The notes under the pieces: model-generated
The model's database searches: none
What the model was told of the DNA's origin: nothing
What the model saw: only the letters and a program-made list of their open reading frames with translations
In this document: piece after piece, positions 1 through 9,508 of the stretch
Layout: every line of letters starts with the position of its first letter
Position numbering within the stretch: the first letter of the stretch is position 1
Translations under genes and position numbers: made by a program
DNA from: Trichodelitschia bisporula
Taxonomy: Eukaryota
Direction: 5' to 3'
DNA length: 20,000 nucleotides
Assembly (NCBI GenBank): GCA_010356995.1
Contig: ML996705.1
Location: 610,399-630,398 of the forward strand

Positions 1-131
1 CCGCGGACGTTGGCGGGGCTGCGGGCGAGGATTATGATGCCGAGGATGAGGGCGTGGAGGAGGGCGGCGAACGTTAGGTTGCGGAGGAGGATGAGGATGT
101 TGCGCAGCCGGGGGCGCGCGTCGGGGGACAT
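1..131 (-). CDS. N-terminal part of a putative membrane protein, running off the left window edge
   Basis: My translation from the ATG at 131 (minus) is MSPDARPRLRNILILLRNLTFAALLHALILGIIILARSPANVR..., open to position 1. It has a long hydrophobic helix and C-ending codon bias like the other genes here. Not in the ORF track because it is truncated. Confidence 0.55.
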   Translation of the reverse strand, partial: MSPDARPRLRNILILLRNLTFAALLHALILGIIILARSPANVR

Positions 132-684
132 GCTGTCATGCGAGGGGGGGGGTGGGCAGCGGGGGCTGCAAGATGGTTGTTTGGTGTGTGCGCTGCGAGA
201 CGTTGAATGCAGATGTTGTGAGATGTGGTCGCGTTGTCTAGCCGGAGGGATTGAGGATTGCGTGTGCTTGTTGTAATGGTGGTCGCCGTTTTGACTAGCG
301 TGGAGGCGAGGGTGGAGAAGAGGAAGGGTTCGGTAGCGTGAGGCGAAGCGAAGCGACTTTTAGGGAGAGAGGAAGAGAGAAAGGGACCTGCGAGTTGGAG
401 GGGTTGGAGGAGTTGGAGGGCTGCAGCGGCTGGCAGGGCCAAGCTCGTGGCTGGCTGCAAGCTGATGGAGGGCGGGCGAGGATTAGGTACAAAAAGTATG
501 TACGGCGTTGCGGATAAGAGTACGAAGTTGAGTGTCGCGGCGTGTCAGAGAGACGGGAGAGGGAAAGCTGATTAGCAAGAGAGCGTGTAACAGTAGCATA
601 GACAGAAGAAGGAGAGCAATTGGACTGCAAGAGTCTCGAATAAAGTGAGCTTAGGTCTCGTTTGAGGGAGTGAAGTACGAGAAG

Positions 685-714
685 GAAGAAGAAGAAGAAG
701 AAGAAGAAGAAGAA
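685..714. repeat. (GAA)10 microsatellite inside a longer purine tract
   Basis: Ten perfect GAA units, read directly. Confidence 0.95.
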
Positions 715-887
715 GGAGAAGAAGAGGAGAGAGGAGAGGGACTGGGGAAAGTGAGGAGAAGGGGACGAGAGTTAGGGGGGGCGGAGTTGCGTGGGTGGTG
801 GGCGAATTGAGAGTGGAGCGGAGCAGAGGAGTGGGGGCGGCCAGAGGAGAGGAGAGCCTTGGCTTTGGGGTTGGTCTCCTAAATTGG

Positions 888-925
888 CAGGCAGCCAGGC
901 AGCCAGGCAGCCAGGCAGCCAGGCA
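888..925. repeat. 8-bp tandem repeat (CAGGCAGC) x ~4.75
   Basis: Read directly. Confidence 0.9.
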
Positions 926-970
926 CACTTGGCAAAAAGTCTTTGTTCCTTTTTATTTCTGGACTGCAGA

Positions 971-1023
971 GATGTGAAGATGTGACGACGTGACGATGTG
1001 ACGATGTGACGATGTGACGATGT
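971..1023. repeat. 8-bp tandem repeat (GATGTGAC) x ~6.6
   Basis: Read directly; two units carry one substitution. Confidence 0.9.
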
Positions 1024-1082
1024 TTCAACCTCCCGTCATAAGCTTCAACCACAACGCGATGAGATGGACAAACGGGACGGCA

Positions 1083-1139
1083 ACGACGGCAAGATGGCCA
1101 CGACGGCTAGATGGCCACGACGGCAAGATGGCCACGACG
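1083..1139. repeat. 17-bp tandem repeat (ACGACGGCAAGATGGCC) x ~3.3
   Basis: Read directly. Confidence 0.9.
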
Positions 1140-1467
1140 ACAACGCCAACCTTATGCCTCTCTTTATCGCTCCCCGCCAACAACCCAGAAGTCATGCCCT
1201 CCACACAGTATCGTCCAACCCGGTCACCCATCCCCCGTCCTCGCCGCCATCAGCAGGCCGAAAATCCGCCAGTCCCAGTCACAACCGCATCGCTTAGCCC
1301 CCCATCCCGTATTCTACTAACACGCGTACCCCACCGTCCACTTCGTATGAGCGGAGTATACTTCGTCCCAGATTCTGCCTTGCTTGTGCTCTGCGACAGA
1401 AAATGCGGGGACGCGCACGCTATCGACGCGTCCAGCAAAGCGGCCGCAGCTAGCTTTATGTCCAACC

Positions 1468-1481
1468 GTGTGTGTGTGTGT
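1468..1481. repeat. (GT)7 microsatellite
   Basis: Read directly. Confidence 0.85.
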
Positions 1482-1586
1482 GGATCACGGTATCCGACGT
1501 CAACTGTCTGTGAGACGTGAGCGCCGTTGCAGCAGCGTCGCGACACAGCAGCGAAGCGCACAGTGACGGACATGGCAGGTCATCGC

Positions 1587-1758
1587 ATCCTCCCATCTCG
1601 GCGCTCTACTTAGAGAAGGCACACAGAGTGCTCGGCATATCACCCGTAGCACACTCGGATCCTGCACGATCCTCCCATCTCGGCGCTCTACTTAGAGAAG
1701 GCACACAGAGTGCTCGGCATATCACCCGTAGCGCACTCGGATCCTGCGCGATCCTCCC
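1587..1758. repeat. 82-bp tandem duplication (2 copies plus 8 bp)
   Basis: 1587-1668 and 1669-1750 differ at only 2 positions; ATCCTCCC recurs at 1751. Confidence 0.95.
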
Positions 1759-2313
1759 CCCAAATCCTCTCACTCTATCCTATCACCACCAATCCTTCGC
1801 ACATGGAATAACCGCAACCTGCATACTGTCAAATCCCCTTGGCATAGATTGACCCTATCGCAGACTCTGACGTGCGATAATCCTCCGACCGCCCACTTAT
1901 TGATAAGAACATTCGGCCTGCGCAAACTGGGCATATGCAAGGCACGTCAGTTTCCCACACAACCAAACCTGCATGACGCTGTCCGCTCAACAAGGCACTT
2001 TGGCATACGACCAGTCTGGACCATGCACCATATTGCACCTTCATAACCTTAAATGGCCTCGACGCCCCATGGCGAAATTGCGTTCAATCAACACACCAAA
2101 GTCTAGCCGCGGCTAGCTATGCGAGTAGCAACGCCATCACGTGACCATTTCGATGGGAGCATCACCATCACGTGACGCCATTCAGAAGATCAGAAGGCTG
2201 ACATTCAACTTCAAGCTTACTACACAGTACAAACTACAAAATCCCCCTCCAACAGCGAATCATTTACAAAAGTTTTTGACAGAAAAATATCCACCCCACA
2301 CCAGACGACCCGC

Positions 2314-2838
2314 CTACTGCGCCTCCACCTCAGGCACCTCCTCCTCAACTTCCGGCTCAGCCGCCTCAACAGCCGGCTCATATGCGTCCTCAGCCTCATT
2401 CTCCGGCTCGGGCCGTTGCTGCTGCGGCCGTCCCTGCTGCGGGCGCCCCTGCTGCGGGCGCGGCTGATTCTGCCACTGCGGGCGCGGCTGGTTCTGCGGG
2501 CGCGGCTGGTTGCCGCTGCTCGGCCACGGGCGCACCTCGATGGTGACGCTGTCGTCGCTGTCGTCGTCGCGGCCGGGACGGCCCTGTTGAGGACGTCCCT
2601 GCTGGGGGCGGCCTTGCTGGGGACGACCTTGCTGGGGACGGCCTTGCTGCACGTACTCCTCGTCGTCGTCGTCGCGCGGTGCGCCGCCGCGGGGAGGACC
2701 GTTGCGCGGCGCGCCGCCGAAGCCGGCGAAGCCGCCGGGGCCGCCGAATTGGCGCGCCACGAGGGTGGAGGAGGACTCCGGGGCGGGGAGCGCGGTGGCG
2801 GCGCTGATGGCCAGGGCGAGGGCGAGGATGAAACGCAT
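2314..2838 (-). CDS. Secreted Cys-free low-complexity protein with QQGRP/NQPRP repeats (174 aa)
   Basis: Clear signal peptide MRFILALALAISAATA-LP and a pro-peptide ending LVAR|Q. It has a Gly-rich segment, 7 QQGRP and 3 NQPRP units with synonymous codon variation, and an acidic tail. CATAAAA lies ~110 bp upstream. Confidence 0.85.
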   Translation of the reverse strand: MRFILALALAISAATALPAPESSSTLVARQFGGPGGFAGFGGAPRNGPPRGGAPRDDDDEEYVQQGRPQQGRPQQGRPQQGRPQQGRPGRDDDSDDSVTIEVRPWPSSGNQPRPQNQPRPQWQNQPRPQQGRPQQGRPQQQRPEPENEAEDAYEPAVEAAEPEVEEEVPEVEAQ

Positions 2839-4284
2839 TTTGCTGGTTGGTTTGAGGGTTGGGTGAATGAGTGGATTGGGTTGGATGAAAGAGTGTGGTG
2901 TTGTTGGTTGGTGAGTGTGGGTTATTGAGAGTGGGTGAGGGGGGTTTTATGTCGCTCGCTCTCAACGGTTTTGCGGTTGTGGAGTGAGGGGGCGACGTAC
3001 ACTTACAGTGGCGAGCTTGCGTCCGTGAGAGGCTATTGTGGTTCCAGCTATTATTACTTCATTCCACGGACTGGGCGCTGCGCTTTCCACCTGTTGCGTG
3101 CGCGGGAGGGGGTGCGTGGCGCGTTCGCCAGAGTGTATTGCGCTGACGGCGGGTGTTAGATGAGGGGAACCAGTGGACGGGTTGGCGGGCGGCATATTGG
3201 GATGGGGGATGGGGTGTGGGGTGGGTTGAGAGCGGGGAAGTGGCGACCTGTTTGCGTACGATGGTCAGTCAATGAGGTGAGAGAGGGGTCAAACCTCGTG
3301 CTCGGTTTCTCCGAAGGATACTTTCCGAGAGTACTTTCGGGATGGATGGAAGCAATCTGGTTCCTGACGCAATATCTGGTTCCTGACAAGCTCGCCACCC
3401 GTGCCTGGCGATGCCCTTCTTTCCTGGCACGCTGTTGCGCCCTGGCTTCTTCGCCTGTGCTCCGGCCGGGAGATCGTGTGTCGGCACAAGCTGGCGGGGA
3501 GTTCGGGTTTGGCGCGGCAGTGACTCGCTTTGCTGGAGTGTGAGGCCACAGAATGCATCTAATGCACCAAGTGTAAGCCGAATCCAGGTCCCAAATCTCG
3601 AGGTAATTCTTAACTCAACTCTTGACACCACGCAAAGCCTTTTGGCACCTCTTCGCTCTGCCCTACGACCAGGTACGCATTCCCGGATTTCCCGGGTCCG
3701 CCGCCGTGGCAATAACGCGGGAAAATGGTCTGGGCACGAGCGTGATATTGCTGCCGGTCTGGCCTCACCTCGACCCGGCGCACATGTCAGCCGCGTGGCC
3801 TGGCTAGAACTAGCCCTGCGGACGGAATTACGTGCGTGCCAGCATCTCCGCATATCGTGGCTGGGCCGGGGCTGGGCTTAATATCGACGTCGTGCCTCGC
3901 TCGCCTCCACCACGCGTCACACGAGAATAGTCCTCGCTCGGGAATTAGCCCACTCGTCTGGTTTCTATTCTGGTCTCGAAACACGCCACGCCATGGTGGT
4001 GACATCGTGTACTTCGTGTTAGCGGCTCGTCTGTTTCTTCGATATGTATATGCCGACCTATGGCCCTGGATCGAGAGTTGTTCGGCGTCGGTGGTAGAGT
4101 GCCCAGGGTCTGGGCGCGGCCTCCGCGCGCACTGAGCGGATTAGGGTTCCGCGCTGTGCGGACAGCGGAAGCATTTCGGCTCGCTTGGTTAGCGGATGGA
4201 AAGTGAGAGGGGGATTGCGCGGATTTGTTTCACGCGGCCTTCTCCACATCGATCGGGCAAGCGGGTGGTGGGGGGAGGGGGGGG

Positions 4285-4290
4285 TATATA
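4285..4290 (+). promoter_or_regulatory. Putative TATA box of the HGPDGDDDH-repeat gene
   Basis: TATATA embedded in GC-rich sequence ~80 bp upstream of the ATG at 4370. Confidence 0.55.
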
Positions 4291-4369
4291 TCCCGCCCTG
4301 CACACGAAGCACGAAGCACCACCCACCACACACTCCCTTTCTACTACCAGCAAAGTCAGCGAAGTCAGA

Positions 4370-5096
4370 ATGAAACTCACTCTCCCCCTCCTCACTCTCT
4401 TCGCGTACGCACCTCTCTCTCTCTCTCTCTCTGTAGAACCCGACTAACCGAAGCAGCGCCCTCGCGGCCGCGCACGGCCCGGACGGAGATGACGACCACG
4501 CTCCTGCGCCGGTTCCTACAACGACTACGACGCCGGCCGTGGTTGTGAGGCGGCATGGCCCGGACGGCGATGATGATCACGCGCCGGTGCCTGCGCCGGT
4601 GACGACGGCTACGCCCGCGGTTGTAGTGCGGCGACACGGGCCGGACGGCGACGACGACCATGCCCCTGCGCCTGTGCCCGCCCCCGCGAACACGACTACG
4701 CCGGCGGTTGTAGTGCGGCGACACGGGCCGGACGGCGATGATGATCATGCCCCTGCACCGGTGCCCGCCCCCGCGAATACGACTACGCCGGCGGTTGTTC
4801 GGCGGCACGGGCCGGACGGTGATGACGACCATGCCCCCGCTCCTGCGACTACGGCTACCCCGGCTGTGGTGGTACGGCGGCATGGGCCGGACGGCGATGA
4901 TGACCACGCTCCGGCGCCGGTGACACCGGCTACGCCCGCGGTTGTGCTCCCTGCGCCGGTGACGACGGCTACGCCTGCCGTGGTTGTGAGGAGGCACGGC
5001 CCGGATGGAGATGACGATCATGCTCCGGCGCCTGTGCCGGCGACGCCTGCGCCTGCGCCGATACCCACGACGCTGGTGCCTGTTGTGAGGCGCTGA
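4370..5096 (+). CDS. Secreted Kex2-processed repeat protein (KEP) precursor with 7 x HGPDGDDDH-(Pro/Ala/Thr)-VVRR modules, 224 aa
   Basis: Exon 1 is 4370-4404 and exon 2 is 4457-5096. The intron 4405-4456 reads GTACGC...CTAAC...CAG. The spliced product is MKLTLPLLTLFAALAAA|HGPDGDDDHAPAPVPTTTTTPAVVVRR|HGPDGDDDH..., in frame with ORF 4539..5096. Every module ends in RR. Confidence 0.9.
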
Positions 5097-5630
5097 AGGC
5101 CGGGATTGTGATGAGAAAAAAGGCGCGAAGGAACTGTAATACTGAAGTTTTGAAGTAGAAGACAAAGAGAGGAGAGGAAGAGAGGAAGAGACTTAAATAC
5201 ACGATGCCGAGTATCCTCCTTTGCTCTTTCCCTCTGTCATGCGCTCATTAAATCGTGTCCCTCGATATGCCCCTTCCTGACATGACAATGCTCCTTTCAT
5301 CTCCACAGCAGATTGAATGGGGAGGTCTGGTGGAGATAGATGGTGGGAGATGCTTGTTGAGGGTGGAGAACGGCGGAGAAGGTGACTGAAGCTTGAATGT
5401 GTCAGCCTGCATTCGACGATGTTGAGTTCGGGGATGCGCCTATTCCATCATACACGGCTTATGGGCTCGGCCCGCACTTTGGCTTCACGTTCCCGATGCC
5501 GTTACCTACGCCGCTTCGAGATAACCCGGACTCGCCGATATCGCAGGCTGCCCTGAGTGTATCTATTCATCCACAGCCCATCAGTTCGGCCACCTCAGCC
5601 TCTTATTCTCATCACCGCCTCCCCACCACC

Positions 5631-6646
5631 TCACTCCCACATCTGCCTAACATTCAAATTCACCCTCTTCCCCCCCATCCATCCCCTCCACGCCTCATAC
5701 TCCGCCTCCCTCCCCGCCGGCCACTCCCCTAACTCTCTCGGACACGTCCCGGGCACCACCAGCGGAACCCCATGCCAGGCAAACCGCGCCGCACCCGTCA
5801 TATACACCGCATCGCCCGACCTCAACCTTACGGCGATAGCCTTATTCCCCTCGTCCCCCTCCTCGACCCCCACAACAAACACCCCCTCACACCCCACACT
5901 AACACTCACCAGCCCCGCCCCACACTCCTCGCTCACATCCCGATGCAGACTCAGCGTATCCCCGGGGGAGTAGAAATTCACAATCGCAGCCTCGGGTCTA
6001 AGTGCGGGATACAAGCCCGTCAACAAAGCCGCGATATCGGGCGGGAAGGGAGGAGGTGGGGTGGAGGGGTAGCGCTTTGCGGTCCAGTCATATTGCCCGC
6101 CCAGCGTCACCCAGCGCAGTTTCTTGCGCAGAAACGTCCCGTACTGGAGCGGCTTGTGCAGACTCGCGTCGAGCGGGGGTAGAGGCGGGGCCGAGCGCGG
6201 CAAGGCGAAGAAGGAGGTCCCGCTGGAGGGGAGCGTGTAGTGTAGGTGTGTGTTTGTGCGGTGGACGGGGTTGGAGAGGTCCCGGTGGAGGAGGCGGGTG
6301 AGAAGGGTGGTTTGGATGGCGGGGGGGAGGAGGGAGGGGGTTATGTAGAGGCCTGGGATGTTAGCTGGGGCTATTAGACAGTAGATATTGGAATACCTGG
6401 TACAGAGGGATGCTCCCACACCGGCGCATCATCCGTCTCCCCCGTCCAGTCCTCATCAAACGCACCGAAGACCTCGCGCAGCCGTGACCCCTCCACCGTG
6501 CCTACGCACCGCATCCCGTGCGCCTCGCCGCGGGGATCGACAACCAACTCATCGCGCTCCAGATCCTCGGCTGGCAGCTTCACATATCGTCGGTAAAGCT
6601 CCTTAAACGCATCGGGCGGCTTCGCGTGCGGATCGAGGTGTTCCAT
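5631..6646 (-). CDS. abh1: AlkB-family Fe(II)/2-oxoglutarate dioxygenase, ALKBH1/Abh1 type (323 aa)
   Basis: Exon 1 is 6646-6397 and exon 2 is 6352-5631; the intron 6396-6353 reads GTATTC...GCTAAC...CAG. Motifs: KLRWVTLGGQYDW, AAIVNFY, HxD (LHRD), distal His (AWHGVP) and RxNLNxR. Confidence 0.92.
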
Positions 6647-6777
6647 AGTGCTTGTTCGCCGTTACGCGGAAATGTCGTGTGGCGCGGCGCGGCGATCTGC
6701 GCGGCCCGCAAACTCGGCGATCGATCCAGGGCAGGCCAACCGCGCCGAAACCTCACTTCAACCACAAATACACCACA

Positions 6778-7839
6778 ATGGCCACATCACGAATCGCGCG
6801 GCCGCTGGCCAGACGGCTCAATGCGCGCCATGTGCTATCTACGCAGGCGACTCCGCTCCGCGCGTTTTCCTATGCGCTTCCTGCGCGCTCAGAGCAGCCC
6901 CCGCGCACGACACACTTCGGCTTCGAAACCGTGCCAGAGGACGTAAAGCAATCGCGCGGTACGCTCCCCAATACCCCCCCCCTCATCCATCCCTCCTCCC
7001 TCCCTCTCACCTCCTACTAACCCCCCCCCCCAGTCGCCTCAGTCTTCTCCTCCGTCGCCACATCCTACGACACCATGAACGACCTGATGTCGCTGGGCAT
7101 CCACCGCCTCTGGAAAGATCACTTCGTGCGCGCCCTCGACCCAGGGATAAACCCGCTCATCGCAACCCCGGGCGCGCCTCCTTTATCCATCCTCGACGTC
7201 GCGGGCGGGACCGGGGATATCGCGTTCCGCCTCCTCGAGCACGCGGGTCGGGTACACGGGGATAATACCGCGCGGGTCATGGTTGCGGATATCAATCCCG
7301 ATATGCTGGCCGAGGGGCGGCGGCGCGCGGCGGGTACGCCGTATCTAAGCCAAGGGAGGTTGGAGTTCGTGGAGGCGAATGCGGAGGTGCTGAGCATGGT
7401 CCCAGACGCGAGTGTGGATATTTACACCGTGGCCTTTGGGATCAGGAACTTCACGAACATCCGCAAGGCCCTGGCTGAAGCACACCGCATCCTGAAACCC
7501 GGGGGCGTGTTCGCATGCCTCGAGTTTAGTAAAGTGGGAAACCCGGTGTTGGATGCTGTGTACAAGAGGTGGAGTTTTGGGGCTATTCCGCTGATAGGAC
7601 AGGTTGTTGCTGGGGATAGGAAGAGTTATCAGTATTTGGTGGAGAGTATTGAGAGGTTTCCGAGTCAGACGGAGTTTGCGGGGATGATTAAGGAGGGGGG
7701 TTTTTTGCTTCCTGAGGGGGGCGGGTGGGAGGATTTGAGCATGGGGATTGCGTGTGTGCATAAGGGGATTAAGCCCGTGGAGGAGAAGGTGAGGGCGGAG
7801 GAGCCGGTGAAAGCGGAGGTGCCGCCCGTCATGGCGTGA
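6778..7839 (+). CDS. COQ5: Mitochondrial ubiquinone biosynthesis C-methyltransferase (UbiE/COQ5 family, 328 aa)
   Basis: Exon 1 is 6778-6958, with an Arg-rich targeting peptide and THFGFETV. The intron 6959-7033 reads GTACGC...CTAAC...CAG. Exon 2 is 7034-7839, with VFSSVATSYDTMNDLMSLGIHRLWKD, the SAM motif LDVAGGTGDIAF, AFGIRN, LKPGG and SYQYLVESIERFP. Confidence 0.97.
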
Positions 7840-8098
7840 GGGACTGCGAAATGTAATCATATTCCACTGCACATGCGTTTGAACTTAGAAGCCCATCTAT
7901 ATCCGCCCATCTAACCCAGCCCAAATCCCATACTAGAACTAAATGTCTCCAACATGAACTGCGCCCTACCGCCTACCTATGCTTTGAACGATGACCCATC
8001 ACGCCTTGCAACCAGCTCTGTGACACCCACGGAAACCCCTAAAAAGATCTCAAATTTTCCACCCCAAGACCCAACCAGATAACACCTAGCCAGAACCC

Positions 8099-9508
8099 CT
8101 AAAGCTCATCATCCTCCTCCTCATCCTCCCGCCCCATCTCACTCGACAAAATCACCCCCTTCCCCCCCCCAGGCGGCAGCGGAATCCGCCACCCCACCAA
8201 ACTCTGCGGCAACGCCCCCCTCCCCTCCCCCAGCAAACTATCCTGGCTCCACCACCACGCCTCCCCTTCTGCTCTCCCAGCCCCAGTCCCTCCAGTCCCA
8301 CCCGTAGACTGCGGCGCACTCGACGGCAACTCCTCGCCCTCGGTCTCCGTCTGCGAGGGCGGCGGTGAGTGGGCCGAGGGCGGGCGAGTAGAGCCTGGGT
8401 TCGTGGGCAGCGGGTGAGTGGAGAAGAAACTCGACCTCGGCGCACTCGACGGCGGATAGCTCGGATACCGCGGACTCGCACCCCCCTCCTCCTTCACCGG
8501 GCTCGGCCCTAGATCCGGGACCTGCGACTCCTGGAACCCGGTATCTCGCGCCCTATGTCTAGCCAAATAACTCATCTCCGTCTCGAGCTGCGAGTCTGGC
8601 TGGGAGTCCCAGAACGGGCCCCTCGGCCTGCCGAGCTCATTCCTTCCGAGCTCGTTCCTTGTCAGCTCGTTCCTTGCATGCTCGTACCTCGCAAGCTCGT
8701 CCCTCACTCGCCGCGGCGAGGGCGAGAGGTCCAGCGGTGGTGCTTCGGGGGACACGGAGCTGGGTACTGGGGGGCGGGATGAGAAGGGTGGGGTGCGGGG
8801 GGGTGGGAGCGTGTGTTGCGTCATGAAGAGGGGGGATTCGGTTGCGGCCTGGAGGGCTGCGGTGGCTTGGGTTGCTTCGCCGTTTTGGCCGAGGCCGATG
8901 TTGAAGCGGTCGAGGGGGGGTGGGGGGTAGGATTCTTCGTGCGAGTGGTGCGTTTCGTGCTCGTCGTGCTCCTCGTTGTGCTCCTCCTCGAGGTCCTCGT
9001 GCTCCTCATGCTCCTCGGCATGCTCCTCGTCGTGCGCCATCTCGTGGTCCTTGTTGTGGTCCATGTCGTGCTCCTCGTCGTGCTCCTCGTCGTGCTCCTC
9101 GTCATGCTCTTTCTCACGTTCCTCCCCGTGAACCTCCTCGCGCTCCCGGCCGAGGTGGCCATTAAACCGGGCCGGCGAGGCAGGGCGATACAACGAAAAT
9201 TTACCACGGTCCTTGTCCCCTGCTTCCGAGGGTGAGGATGAAGGTATTTCGGGAAGCTCTATCCAGGCCATTTGCGTAAGGGTAGTTTGATCGAGGGCCT
9301 TTTTGGGCGGGCGGGGGAGCCGGGCGGGTTGTGGTGAAGAGGGCCGGGCGAGACGTCGTGGCTGAACGAAGGGGAGTTGAGTTAGAGTTGATTGTGCTAG
9401 ATCACGGTCGCGCTTTTTAGGTTTGCGTCGCTGGGCGGTGGTGGGTGGTGTGTCGTTCTCGTCGTCGCCGGTGGTGGGGAGGGCGGCGCGCTTGCGCTTT
9501 GGGGCCAT
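8099..9508 (-). CDS. Intrinsically disordered, probably nuclear protein (469 aa) with QxTLTQ motifs and a His/Glu/Asp repeat
   Basis: Long open frame. The likely start is ATG 9508, giving MAPKRKR (NLS-like). It contains QSTLTQLPF and QTTLTQMAW, an HDEE repeat, and a Pro/Ser-rich C-terminus. I recognise no globular domain. Confidence 0.75.
   Translation of the reverse strand: MAPKRKRAALPTTGDDENDTPPTTAQRRKPKKRDRDLAQSTLTQLPFVQPRRLARPSSPQPARLPRPPKKALDQTTLTQMAWIELPEIPSSSPSEAGDKDRGKFSLYRPASPARFNGHLGREREEVHGEEREKEHDEEHDEEHDEEHDMDHNKDHEMAHDEEHAEEHEEHEDLEEEHNEEHDEHETHHSHEESYPPPPLDRFNIGLGQNGEATQATAALQAATESPLFMTQHTLPPPRTPPFSSRPPVPSSVSPEAPPLDLSPSPRRVRDELARYEHARNELTRNELGRNELGRPRGPFWDSQPDSQLETEMSYLARHRARDTGFQESQVPDLGPSPVKEEGGASPRYPSYPPSSAPRSSFFSTHPLPTNPGSTRPPSAHSPPPSQTETEGEELPSSAPQSTGGTGGTGAGRAEGEAWWWSQDSLLGEGRGALPQSLVGWRIPLPPGGGKGVILSSEMGREDEEEDDEL

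Noticed and set aside
3000..4300. Several 60-194 aa ORFs between the two secreted-protein genes
   Set aside because: Overlapping on both strands with no recognisable motif or codon bias; expected by chance in GC-rich DNA.
4470..5096. CRISPR-like appearance of regularly spaced ~30-bp repeats
   Set aside because: Variation is confined to synonymous codon positions and the spacers are homologous to each other. It is a coding repeat in a eukaryote.
4392..5165. 257-aa antisense ORF, and similar shadow ORFs over 2396-2965, 8813-9235 and 17667-18062
   Set aside because: Shadows of GC-rich repetitive coding sequence on the other strand or in another frame.
4370..7839. RiPP biosynthetic cluster: repeat precursor plus adjacent 2OG-Fe dioxygenase plus methyltransferase
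   Set aside because: The two enzymes carry full signatures of housekeeping ALKBH1/Abh1 and mitochondrial COQ5 and lack secretory signals. No DUF3328/UstY oxidase, tyrosinase or transporter is visible in the window, and the core lacks the aromatic residues typical of dikaritins.
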